Positions 55,616 through 64,000 of a stretch of 64,000 nucleotides of DNA are shown in pieces (the first letter of the stretch is position 1; every line of letters starts with the position of its first letter). Source of the stretch: Polyangiaceae bacterium (GTDB taxonomy: Bacteria > Myxococcota_A > Polyangia > Polyangiales > Polyangiaceae); the NCBI GenBank assembly GCA_965222375.1, contig CBDCTZ010000008.1, positions 64,001-128,000 on the forward strand, in the 5' to 3' direction. The notes beneath the pieces were generated by a model. That model did no database searches. It was given only the letters and a program-made list of their open reading frames with translations, and was not told where the DNA came from. The translations under genes were made by a program, and so were the position numbers.

Positions 55616-57256
55616 TCAGGGGTGTACGAACATAATCGTGCCCCGGAGGGGCAGGAGGACACCGTGCCAGCCGATGGGCACTTGGGGGGTGGTCCAGTGG
55701 AAGATGCGGCGGGCATCTTCGGGGGTCAGGTTGATGCAGCCGTGGCTCTTGGGGGTGCCGAAGCGGTCGTGCCAGTAGGCGCCGTGTAGGGCGTAGCCTT
55801 CTTTGTCGAAGTACTGGACGTAGGGCACATCACGGAGTTCGAACTCCTCGCCGATTTCCGCGGAGCTCATGGTCGCGGTGACGTGTTTGGTGTGGATCCG
55901 GAAGATCCCGCGCTTGGTGGCGGTGGTGTGTTTGGGGTCCTCGAGGCCTGCCTCGCCGCTGCTGATCAGCGTGGCGTAGACCGGTTTGGTGCCTTCGTAG
56001 AGCACGACGGTCTGCTTGGTGAGGTTGACATCCATCCACTTCTCGCCGTTCTTGCCCCATTTGGGCATGCGCTTGGCGGGGTCGAGGCGGGAGCCGTCGC
56101 GATCGCTGATCCACTTGCCGTCGACGGTTTCGTAGTGGAGGCGTTTGCGGAAGAACTGCTGCTTGCCGGTCAGCTTGTGCACGGACCAGTACGGTGCAAT
56201 GCCGGCGTCGATCCGCTTGTTGGCGCTCTTTTGATACAGCCAGAACTTCGCGTTCTTGCGGCGCACGATCACGAACGGCATTTCGATGTCTTTGCCGATC
56301 TGGACGCCGTGGTGCTTCGAGCCCTGGATGGGGCGAAATCGATCCGTGGGCATCACCCGCAAGTCCGTGGTCACGCCGTAGCGGCGCCCCTCGTGCAGGA
56401 AAGTCTGCAGGAAGGAGTAGCCCACTCGATGGCCCATGCGATCGATGACCAGATCGCCGGCCCGAGCTTTACGATAGATATTCGGAGTCGACCCACCATC
56501 CTTCAGGTAGTTGGGCAACGGCTCGCTGATCTTCTCCTCCCAGGCTTTGGCAGGGTCAGCCAGCGTACCAGGCCCACCGAGCCAAACGTCCTGAGCGTAG
56601 CTGGCGCCGATTTCACCTTCGGCCTCGAGCCACTTGGGCATGCGCTCATTGATGTCTGGCTCGGCTTTTTCCAGTTCGTCTCGGCTGGGGAGCCGGGCGT
56701 ACACGGGTCCTGCACGACGCACGGTGCCGTAGATGTACGGCAGCTTGCGACTTGGATCAGGTTGGTGCTCTTGGCTGGCGACCACCACCGGATCCTTGCG
56801 ATCTAGCGTCGCGCCGCGCCCCAGGCATACGTAGCCGTCGGGCTCGACCGAGTGCCAGCCCTGCTTGCAGCCCTCGAAGCCCGCAGGCTTGTCCGTGGTT
56901 GGAGTCGAAGCGCCAGCTCGCAGGTAGCCCAAGCGGCGTGAGCTCTTGGTCGGGCGGGCGTGGATCCAGGTACGCATGCTGCGGCTGAAGACGCGCGGCT
57001 TGCTGGGGTCGACCACCGCGTTGGTCCAGGGGCGGTACTCGCCGGCCAGGGTTACGACGTTGGGCACCTTCGGGCGGGGCGGTGGCTTGACCTCCGCGGG
57101 CGGACTCGACGCAGACGCGGCTGCGCTAGACGCCGCCGGGTCCGACGCTGCTGTCATCGTCTGGGCAGACGGGGCTGCGCTCATCGGCTCGCTCTGGCTA
57201 CAGCCGAAAAGGGCAAGACTGCTCAACAAAGCAGCTCCGCGTGCCACGCTCCGCAT
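55616..57256 (-). CDS. L,D-transpeptidase family lipoprotein
   Basis: Lipobox LFGC; ALHGAYWH...SHGCINL catalytic motif. Confidence 0.92.
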   Translation of the reverse strand: MRSVARGAALLSSLALFGCSQSEPMSAAPSAQTMTAASDPAASSAAASASSPPAEVKPPPRPKVPNVVTLAGEYRPWTNAVVDPSKPRVFSRSMRTWIHARPTKSSRRLGYLRAGASTPTTDKPAGFEGCKQGWHSVEPDGYVCLGRGATLDRKDPVVVASQEHQPDPSRKLPYIYGTVRRAGPVYARLPSRDELEKAEPDINERMPKWLEAEGEIGASYAQDVWLGGPGTLADPAKAWEEKISEPLPNYLKDGGSTPNIYRKARAGDLVIDRMGHRVGYSFLQTFLHEGRRYGVTTDLRVMPTDRFRPIQGSKHHGVQIGKDIEMPFVIVRRKNAKFWLYQKSANKRIDAGIAPYWSVHKLTGKQQFFRKRLHYETVDGKWISDRDGSRLDPAKRMPKWGKNGEKWMDVNLTKQTVVLYEGTKPVYATLISSGEAGLEDPKHTTATKRGIFRIHTKHVTATMSSAEIGEEFELRDVPYVQYFDKEGYALHGAYWHDRFGTPKSHGCINLTPEDARRIFHWTTPQVPIGWHGVLLPLRGTIMFVHP

Positions 57257-57471
57257 GGCACCGAGGTCTAACCGACACTGGGGTCGGCCGGCCAAGATTT
57301 GCCCTGATTTCCCAAGCCAGCGACGCAGTGTCTCGACCTGACGCGCTGGCAAAACGAGCGTTATTCTCAGGACTTGGGCGCCGGCAGTTCAAGTCGTTTC
57401 TGTCCTGCTGCACGAGCCCGATCAATCTAGTTCCAAGCGGGGCCACCGCTGCTAACGTCCGCCCGCGCGCC

Positions 57472-58440
57472 ATGCTGGTACTTCGTGCAGACGAGGTCGT
57501 TATTGAAGGGGCCCGACATAGTCGGCGCCGCGCGACCTGGCTGACGGCGATCGGCTTCGTAGTCATGGCGTCGATCCCGCTGATGGGCTCGGGTCCGATG
57601 ACTGGCCTGCGCTGGGCCACGAGCCTCACCCTCCTGGCCATGGCCGCCGGTCTTTTCGCCTTCGCGCGGCCGCGCCGAACCCAGGTGCGCCTTCGCAAGC
57701 AGGGAGCGAACTTGTCGATCAACGGGCAGAATGTGCGTCGAGACCAAGTCGAATTGGTGATGGGAGCCGGACAGCTGACGGATGGCACGCCGAGCTCCGA
57801 CTACATGGTGCACCTCCGGGTGGCAGAACATCCGGACATGCTGCTGCTTGAGGGGCGCCACCCAGATCGCGTTCTGATGGATCTGCGCCAACTCGCCGAG
57901 CATCTGGAGTTACCCGTTCGCAGCGGCTGGGGTTTGCCGGATGCCGCGTCGCCTTGGAAAGCGGCCGACCCGACCCGAACGCTGCCCCAGCAAGTGCTCG
58001 AGCTGCATCCGTTTCAACGCCAGCGACGCGTCGCCTTCACGGTGGCCGCAGGGACCGTCGGCATGGCCGTCGCGATCTGGTTGATGGTCTCGGCGCGGCT
58101 CGACCTGGGGCGGTCCATCGTGTGGGGCAGCTACGCTCTGGCTGGTCTCACCCTGGTGGCCGCGGGACTGGTGGCGTTTGGCGCCTGGACGGATCGTTGC
58201 ATTGTCAGCATCAGCCAGACTGGAATCGAGGTTGAGCACCGCATGTTTGGCATGCGCGTAGGCACCACACACACACCCGCCAAGCGTTGGGTTGGCGCCT
58301 ACCGCGTGCACTCGACGGAGGGCGAGCTGGTGCACGTCCTGCTCGACCTCGGAGACAAGCTTGTGGCCGTGGCCTGCGCGGGCGATGAAGCCACCCCGGT
58401 CGAACAGCAGCTGCGGCAGTTGGCTGCCAAAGAGCCCTGA
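57472..58440 (+). CDS. hypothetical membrane protein
   Basis: Two pairs of TM helices, each followed by a beta-rich segment. Confidence 0.7.
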   Translation: MLVLRADEVVIEGARHSRRRATWLTAIGFVVMASIPLMGSGPMTGLRWATSLTLLAMAAGLFAFARPRRTQVRLRKQGANLSINGQNVRRDQVELVMGAGQLTDGTPSSDYMVHLRVAEHPDMLLLEGRHPDRVLMDLRQLAEHLELPVRSGWGLPDAASPWKAADPTRTLPQQVLELHPFQRQRRVAFTVAAGTVGMAVAIWLMVSARLDLGRSIVWGSYALAGLTLVAAGLVAFGAWTDRCIVSISQTGIEVEHRMFGMRVGTTHTPAKRWVGAYRVHSTEGELVHVLLDLGDKLVAVACAGDEATPVEQQLRQLAAKEP

Positions 58441-58447
58441 ATCGTGT

Positions 58448-58876
58448 TCAGTCCTCGGTCAAGCGAATCGCCCGCGGGGCGCATTCGCGTAGGAACTGAC
58501 GCTTTGTCCCGTCCTTCGGCACCAGTTCGATACGAATGGTCTTGCCGGCCTTGCAGCTAACCTCGCCGACGTAGGGAGAATGCCCGACCTCCGTGTCGTT
58601 GATGCGAACTACAGAGCGATCGTCGCCTATGGAGATGACGATGGGGATTCGCAAGGGCTTGCCTTTCTTCACTATCGGGCCGCGCGGCTTCGGCGCGGGG
58701 GGCTCCGCAGTCACGACGGGCCGATCCTTGATCGCACTGGGCACCATGTCTGGCGCCGTATCGCGGACGGTGTCTGTGATGGCTGTGACCGTGAAGCGTG
58801 CACTAGCCGCGAACACGAGTACCGCGGCAGAAAACTGCGCGACTGTAGACGCCCGAGCGATGGCGGCCCGAATCAT
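58448..58876 (-). CDS. PEGA-like domain membrane-anchored protein
   Basis: N-terminal hydrophobic helix; VRINDTEVGHSPY PEGA-like motif; ATGA-coupled to the ATPase gene. Confidence 0.65.
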   Translation of the reverse strand: MIRAAIARASTVAQFSAAVLVFAASARFTVTAITDTVRDTAPDMVPSAIKDRPVVTAEPPAPKPRGPIVKKGKPLRIPIVISIGDDRSVVRINDTEVGHSPYVGEVSCKAGKTIRIELVPKDGTKRQFLRECAPRAIRLTED

Positions 58877-60372
58877 CCCGCCACCCGTAACACCTCGGCC
58901 AAGGATGTATCGCCCTTGCGCGCCAGGCGCAGGCCGTCCCGGAGCAAGGACGTCATGCCCTCCGCCTGGGCAACCGCTTCGATCTCCGTCGTGGGAAGTC
59001 GGTCATGTACCGCCTTGCGCAGCGCTTCGTTCATGGCCAGTAGCTCCGCGATGGGCGCCCGACCCACGAAGCCCTGCCCATCGCAAAAGTCGCAGCCAAC
59101 GGATTCGTAGTAGGTCCCGGGCGGTACCACTACGGCAGCCTGGCTGAAGCGATCGACGATCATCGGTTCAGGTTCCGTTTCCTTGTGGCATGCGGTGCAC
59201 AGGGTGCGCAACAAGCGCTGCGAGAGGCAGCCTGCCGTCGCGCTTGCGAGTACGAAGGGCTCGACGCCGATGTCGATGAGTCGAGCGAACACGCCAGCAG
59301 CGCTATTGCCATGCACCGTCGTCAGGATCAGATGACCGGTCAAACCCGCCTGCATGGCGATCTCCGCCGTCTCGTGATCCCGGATCTCTCCGACCATGAG
59401 CACGTTGGGGTCCTGTCTCAGCACGCTGCGCAGAACGCTGGCGAAGTTCATGCCTGCCTTCGGATTCATCTGGGTCTGAGTAGCGAAGGGCAACTCGAGT
59501 TCGATGGGATCCTCAAGAGTCACCAAGGCCGTGGTCTTGCTCCGTGTCTTGGCGATGTGCTTGAGGCATGCATACAGCGTCGTCGTCTTGCCGCTGCCGA
59601 CAGGCCCGGTCACGAAGATCAATCCCTGGGGCCGCGCCAACACGGACTCGAGGCGTTTTTCGAGATCGGGAGCGAAGGTCAGGCTCGGCAAGTCGAAGAC
59701 TTCTCGGCTGCCCCGAACGATGCGCAAGACGACCCGCTCCCCGTTTTCCGTAGGCAACGTCGAAACTCGGGCTTCGATCGCGCCACCATCCAGGTAGGTC
59801 ACGAGGCGACCGTCTTGAGGGGTTTTGGCGACCGTATCCAGGCGAGCCATCACTTTCACTCGCGTGGCCAGGACCGGAGCGAGCTCCACTGGGATCTCGG
59901 CGACTTCGTGGAGGGTCCCTTCCACACGGAGGGTGAGCCGAAGGCTGCCGTGGGTGGGCGAGATGTGGATGTCGCTCGATTGCGTACGCACAGCCCCACG
60001 CAGCAACTCGTCAAACATCGCCACCACGTTGCCCTCGCCTTCGGTGCACTTGAGGACTCGATCGCGGGTTTGCCCCAGAGCCTCCTCTAGCGTGGAGCCA
60101 CTCATCGCGGAGAACGCGGGCGCTCGAGGGGAGCGGCGCACGCTGAGCGCCGTGTCCACGATGGTCAGCATGATTGCGAGGCAGAGGCTCACCACCGCCA
60201 GGCTCAAGACCCAGCGCCATGCTGCTCCAGAGAAAACCACGCGGGCGTGGGCCTCTGTTGTTTCCGTCAGAGCCGCAACACTGAAGCTATCGAGCTGGGA
60301 TGCCAGCGTACCCAGGCCCAGAACGATCAGCGCAGCAGAGACCGCAGCTAGAAGCTTCGTCCACCCGCTCAA
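58873..60372 (-). CDS. GspE/PilB family secretion ATPase with N-terminal hydrophobic helices
   Basis: SDIHI, PQDGR, GPVGSGKTTT, TLEDPIE, LRQDPNVLMVGEIRD, TGHL, Zn-binding CxxC...CxxC. Start assigned to TTG 60372 (uncertain). Confidence 0.88.
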   Translation of the reverse strand: MSGWTKLLAAVSAALIVLGLGTLASQLDSFSVAALTETTEAHARVVFSGAAWRWVLSLAVVSLCLAIMLTIVDTALSVRRSPRAPAFSAMSGSTLEEALGQTRDRVLKCTEGEGNVVAMFDELLRGAVRTQSSDIHISPTHGSLRLTLRVEGTLHEVAEIPVELAPVLATRVKVMARLDTVAKTPQDGRLVTYLDGGAIEARVSTLPTENGERVVLRIVRGSREVFDLPSLTFAPDLEKRLESVLARPQGLIFVTGPVGSGKTTTLYACLKHIAKTRSKTTALVTLEDPIELELPFATQTQMNPKAGMNFASVLRSVLRQDPNVLMVGEIRDHETAEIAMQAGLTGHLILTTVHGNSAAGVFARLIDIGVEPFVLASATAGCLSQRLLRTLCTACHKETEPEPMIVDRFSQAAVVVPPGTYYESVGCDFCDGQGFVGRAPIAELLAMNEALRKAVHDRLPTTEIEAVAQAEGMTSLLRDGLRLARKGDTSLAEVLRVAG

Positions 60373-60561
60373 ACTGCCGCCTTCCGCCGCATCGGATGAA
60401 TTGTCCCCTATTGGGCTCGGGTTGGGCCAAGCTCCGGCCAGCTTCGCCAGCCGGCCCGCTGGCCAAATCTGCGCATTTTCCGATGTTTTTGAAACTGGTT
60501 TTGTTTCTGAGCAAGATCCGCCCAAGCTGCTCCGTCTGAGGAAGAGGAGGTTCTTTCGAAC

Positions 60562-61149
60562 ATGCGGAAAACGATTCGACGAATTGTAATGCTTTCGGCC
60601 GTGGGAGCCGCGTTGATCGCGTCCCCTGCGGCGGCGGAGGAACCCGCCAAGGGCAAGGTTGCGGCCGCCAAAGAGAAGCGCGCTGAGGCGCGGGCCAAAA
60701 CCAATGAGGCGCGCGACAAGGTCAAGGACGCCATCAAGAAGACCGTCAAGGGTGAAAAGGGCGCGAAGGCTGCCCGGGAGGAGGCAAAGAAAGCCCGGGA
60801 AGAAGCAAAGGAGGCCCGCGGCGAGGCGCGCGAGGCAACCGGTGAAGCGCACAAGGCGCTCAGGGCGCGGTGGAAGAAGCTACGCGAAACTCGCAAAGAA
60901 CGGCGCAAGGAACGCCGCGCCAAGATCAAGGAGAAGTGGGGAGAAGATGCTTTGAAGCGACCGGCCGTACGCGCGGCACTGCGTGTCCACGCTCGGCGCA
61001 AGGCGCGACTTCACCGCATCCGCGCGCTGGCCAAAGCTGCGGACAAAACCGCCATCGTCGAGCGGGTCGACAAGCTCATCGCCAAAGAAGACAAGCGCCA
61101 CAACAAGCATATGGAAGTCCTCAAAGCCCAACCGGCAGGTGCGAAATGA
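60562..61149 (+). CDS. secreted Lys/Ala/Glu/Arg-rich coiled-coil protein
   Basis: Signal peptide (AAA/EE) followed by a highly charged helical sequence; preceded by GAGGAGG. Confidence 0.8.
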   Translation: MRKTIRRIVMLSAVGAALIASPAAAEEPAKGKVAAAKEKRAEARAKTNEARDKVKDAIKKTVKGEKGAKAAREEAKKAREEAKEARGEAREATGEAHKALRARWKKLRETRKERRKERRAKIKEKWGEDALKRPAVRAALRVHARRKARLHRIRALAKAADKTAIVERVDKLIAKEDKRHNKHMEVLKAQPAGAK

Positions 61150-61406
61150 AACGCCTCGTGTTGATGGGACTCGCCCTGAGCCTCGCTGGGCTCGGCTGCG
61201 CCAAGAAGGAAGAGCCCACGCCGGCTCCCACCGCGGCCCCGGCTGCCTCGGCCACCGCAGCGACGGCTACGGATGAAAGCCCCGCTACGGACGACTCCGA
61301 AGACATCCCAACGGAGCAGGATTTCGAGGATGAGGCGGAGCAACAGATCACCGCGTCCAATCTGGAAACCGAGCTCGACGCCCTTGAAAAGGAGATCGGC
61401 GAGTAG
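61146..61406 (+). CDS. small acidic lipoprotein
   Basis: ATGA coupling; lipobox GLGC; acidic helical C-terminus. Confidence 0.8.
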   Translation: MKRLVLMGLALSLAGLGCAKKEEPTPAPTAAPAASATAATATDESPATDDSEDIPTEQDFEDEAEQQITASNLETELDALEKEIGE

Positions 61407-61473
61407 CAGCCAGCGGGCTGTTCAGGTCTGGCGCAATCAGCCGGCCTAGGTTAAGGGAGCCACGAAGGCGACT

Positions 61474-62874
61474 ATGCTCCGAAGACTCTCGTGGTTCCCT
61501 GTGTTGCTGGCGTTTGTCGCCTGCGACGACAAGAAGAAGGTAGACCCGGCCGGCCCGGCCAACAGTGTGTCGGCCTCGACGACGAAAGCGCCGCCCTCGG
61601 CCTCGGCCAGCGCGGCGCCAGTCAAGCCCAAGGGCCCAGACCGCCCGCTCAATGTGCTGATGGTGACCATAGACAGCATGCGAGCTGACATGCCGTGGCA
61701 CGGCTACGAGCGTAAGATCGCTCCGAACCTGACCAAGCTGGCAGAGAGAAGTGTCGTCTACAATCGAGCCTACTCCCCTGCCCCCTACACGGCCCAAACC
61801 GTAGCGGCGTGGCTCAGCGGCAGATACGCAAGCACGGTGTATCGCGCTGGATGGTTCTTCGCTGCCTATGCCAAAAGCAACGTGTTCTTCACGGAGGTGC
61901 TCCAGCAAAAAGGGATCCGCACCATAGGCTGGCATGGGCACATGTATTTCGGTCGCGGCAAGGGACTCGACCAGGGTTTTGACGAGTGGGAGCTGGCACC
62001 TGGGATTCGATTCGACCCCCAGACAGACAACGAGATCACGAGCGAGAAGCTCACCAAGCTCGGCAAAGAACTGCTGGGGAAGCCCGAAAACACCGGCAAG
62101 CAGTTCTTCGCGTGGGTGCATTACATGGATCCCCACGACCAATACATCAAGCACGCCGACAGCCCGGATTTTGGAAGGACGAACCGCGACCGCTACGACA
62201 ACGAGATGCACCACACCGACAAGTGGATAGCCGAGCTATTTTCTTGGGGTGAAAAGCAGCCCTGGTGGAAGGACACCGCCATCATCATCACCGGGGACCA
62301 TGGAGAAGCCTTTGGCGAGCACGGGATGTGGAAACATGCCTTCGAGGTTTGGGAGGTTCTGGTGCGCGTTCCCCTCATTTTGTACGCGCCGGGCATCGAA
62401 CCCAAGCGAATCGACGAGCGTCGCTCGAGCATCGATCTGGCCCCGACCATCATGGAACTCATGGGCCAGAAGCCCCTGGAGCAATTCCAGGGCAAGAGCC
62501 TGGTCAAAGAGGCCTATGGCGCAGAGCCGCCGGACAACCGGGAACCCATCGTCGTCGAATTGACCGAGGACAGCCACAACCCACCCCGCCGCGCGGTCAT
62601 CCAAGGCGACTACAAACTCACGGTGCATGGGCAGGGTTGGAAGCACCTGTTGTTCAACCTGAAGGACGACCCCGGTGAGGAGAAGGATCTGGCCAAGACG
62701 GAGCCGGAAAAGCTCGAGGAAATGAAGAAGGTTTTCGCGAAGAGGTACGAGACGCTTCCCTTCGTTCGGCCCTACGGGGGCATGAAGTTGCGCGGCGGAG
62801 GCACGGCCCGGGGGCCCATGGGTCCACCCAAGCCCAAAGACGAGGCCACGGAGGATAAGGGGGCCAAGCCGTGA
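61474..62874 (+). CDS. sulfatase-like (alkaline phosphatase superfamily) lipoprotein
   Basis: NVLMVTIDSMRAD, HYMDPH, GDHGEAF, VPLI and LFNLKDDPGE motifs; lipobox FVAC. Confidence 0.9.
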   Translation: MLRRLSWFPVLLAFVACDDKKKVDPAGPANSVSASTTKAPPSASASAAPVKPKGPDRPLNVLMVTIDSMRADMPWHGYERKIAPNLTKLAERSVVYNRAYSPAPYTAQTVAAWLSGRYASTVYRAGWFFAAYAKSNVFFTEVLQQKGIRTIGWHGHMYFGRGKGLDQGFDEWELAPGIRFDPQTDNEITSEKLTKLGKELLGKPENTGKQFFAWVHYMDPHDQYIKHADSPDFGRTNRDRYDNEMHHTDKWIAELFSWGEKQPWWKDTAIIITGDHGEAFGEHGMWKHAFEVWEVLVRVPLILYAPGIEPKRIDERRSSIDLAPTIMELMGQKPLEQFQGKSLVKEAYGAEPPDNREPIVVELTEDSHNPPRRAVIQGDYKLTVHGQGWKHLLFNLKDDPGEEKDLAKTEPEKLEEMKKVFAKRYETLPFVRPYGGMKLRGGGTARGPMGPPKPKDEATEDKGAKP

Positions 62875-64000
62875 GGGCCTGGCTCTGGCCCCTCGTGCTC
62901 GCCGGATGCGCGGGCAGCCCCGGAGCCGCTCCACCGCCGCCTCCGCCTCAGCCGAACCCCCAGGCGCCGACGGCCAACGCGGCTCCGACGGCGGCGACGT
63001 CGAGCCCTGAAGCGAGCCAAGCCAAAAAGCCGGAAGCTCCACCGCAACCGAAGGGGCCCTTCAATGTGCTGTTGATCCTGGTCGACAGCATGCGTGCGGA
63101 CATGCCGTGGGCCGGCTACCCGAAGCCCATCGCTCCTAACCTGACCGCGCTCGAAAAACAGAGTGTCAGCTACACCCGGGCGTACTCCACGTCGAGCTAC
63201 ACGGCGAAGAGCGTTGCTGCGCTGCTTTCTGGCCAGTATCCGTCGAGCCTGAAGCGCAGTGGTTTCTTCTTCACCAAGTACCCCGCGAGCAATCTGTTCA
63301 TCGCCGAACTGATGCAAAAAGCCGGCGTATTCACCACCAGCGCCCATGGCCACATGTACATGAAGCGTGGCAATGGGATGGATCAGGGGTTCGATCTCTG
63401 GGACGTCGTCGAGGGGATCTCCTTCAACAACACCACGGACAAGCACGTCACCAGCGACAAGTTGACGCCCTTGGCGATCAGCATGTTGAAGAAGAAGCCC
63501 AAGGACAAGCCGTTCTTCTCCTACCTCCACTACATGGATCCCCACGATCAATACGTTCGGCACAAGGAGAGCCCCGACTTCGGCAAGTCGACTCGTGGCC
63601 GCTACGACTCGGAAATCTTCTATACGGATCTGTGGATCGGTAAGCTCCTGGATTGGTGCAAGAAGCAGCCGTGGTGGGACAAGACCGTGGTCATGGTCAG
63701 CGCGGATCATGGCGAAGCCTTTGGCGAGCACAAGATGTACCGGCATGCCTTCGAGCTTTGGGATATTCTGACCCACGTCCCCATGTTCGTGAAGATGCCC
63801 GGCGCTCCACCGCGACGCATCGACACACCTCGGGGCAACATCGACCTCGCGAAGACCACCTTGGAGCTCACCGGCGTCGCCGCCGACGGTCCCTTTGTCG
63901 GCGAAAGCCTAGTGGCGGAACTGAGGGGAGCGGAGCCCAAGCCCCGGCCGGTGCTGCTGGACCTCCCTCCGGACAGCAACAATCCCGAACGGCGGGCCTT
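62871..64000 (+). CDS. second sulfatase-like lipoprotein (partial, runs off window)
   Basis: GTGA overlap; my translation gives LAGC, NVLLILVDSMRADMPW, HYMDPH and ADHGEAF. Absent from the ORF track because there is no stop in the window. Confidence 0.88.
   Translation, partial: MRAWLWPLVLAGCAGSPGAAPPPPPPQPNPQAPTANAAPTAATSSPEASQAKKPEAPPQPKGPFNVLLILVDSMRADMPWAGYPKPIAPNLTALEKQSVSYTRAYSTSSYTAKSVAALLSGQYPSSLKRSGFFFTKYPASNLFIAELMQKAGVFTTSAHGHMYMKRGNGMDQGFDLWDVVEGISFNNTTDKHVTSDKLTPLAISMLKKKPKDKPFFSYLHYMDPHDQYVRHKESPDFGKSTRGRYDSEIFYTDLWIGKLLDWCKKQPWWDKTVVMVSADHGEAFGEHKMYRHAFELWDILTHVPMFVKMPGAPPRRIDTPRGNIDLAKTTLELTGVAADGPFVGESLVAELRGAEPKPRPVLLDLPPDSNNPERRA

Noticed and set aside
60373..60852. Long N-terminal extension of the GspE ORF in the ORF track
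   Set aside because: It overlaps the well-supported divergent gene at 60562 and its promoter region.

Overview
High-GC chromosomal segment that looks like Myxococcota, probably Polyangiales. This is inferred from the many Cys/Gly-rich lipoproteins, the large Ser/Thr kinase and the multicopy-type HNH protein. It carries tRNA-Gln (partial) and tRNA-Glu(CTC), a Ugp/sugar-type ABC transporter, an FTR catalytic subunit, lon, hisB/H/A, pgsA, an orphan fliQ/sctS, epmA, surE-apt, bolA-grxD, ferrochelatase, P5C dehydrogenase, an MCP, an L,D-transpeptidase, a GspE-type ATPase and tandem sulfatase-like lipoproteins. The most structured region is 50-55.3 kb, where the upstream non-coding region of an HNH endonuclease gene has taken two insertions. 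One is a complete IS4/IS50-like element (51759-53231, 9-bp TSD, Tn5-like ends); the other is a group II intron (53296-55239). Removing both restores a hairpin element with an intact, collinear copy (~84% identical by hand alignment) at 34.2 kb, which fixes the intron boundaries. Other notable items: a Lon lacking its catalytic Ser and coupled to a HExxH/TPR membrane protein, a very divergent RtcB-like ligase, a GspE ATPase with N-terminal hydrophobic helices, EpmA with an apparent OB-fold remnant, APRT with a histone-like tail, and a second dispersed 42-bp bipartite repeat. No CRISPR array or rRNA was seen. All family calls come from motif recognition by eye, without database searches.
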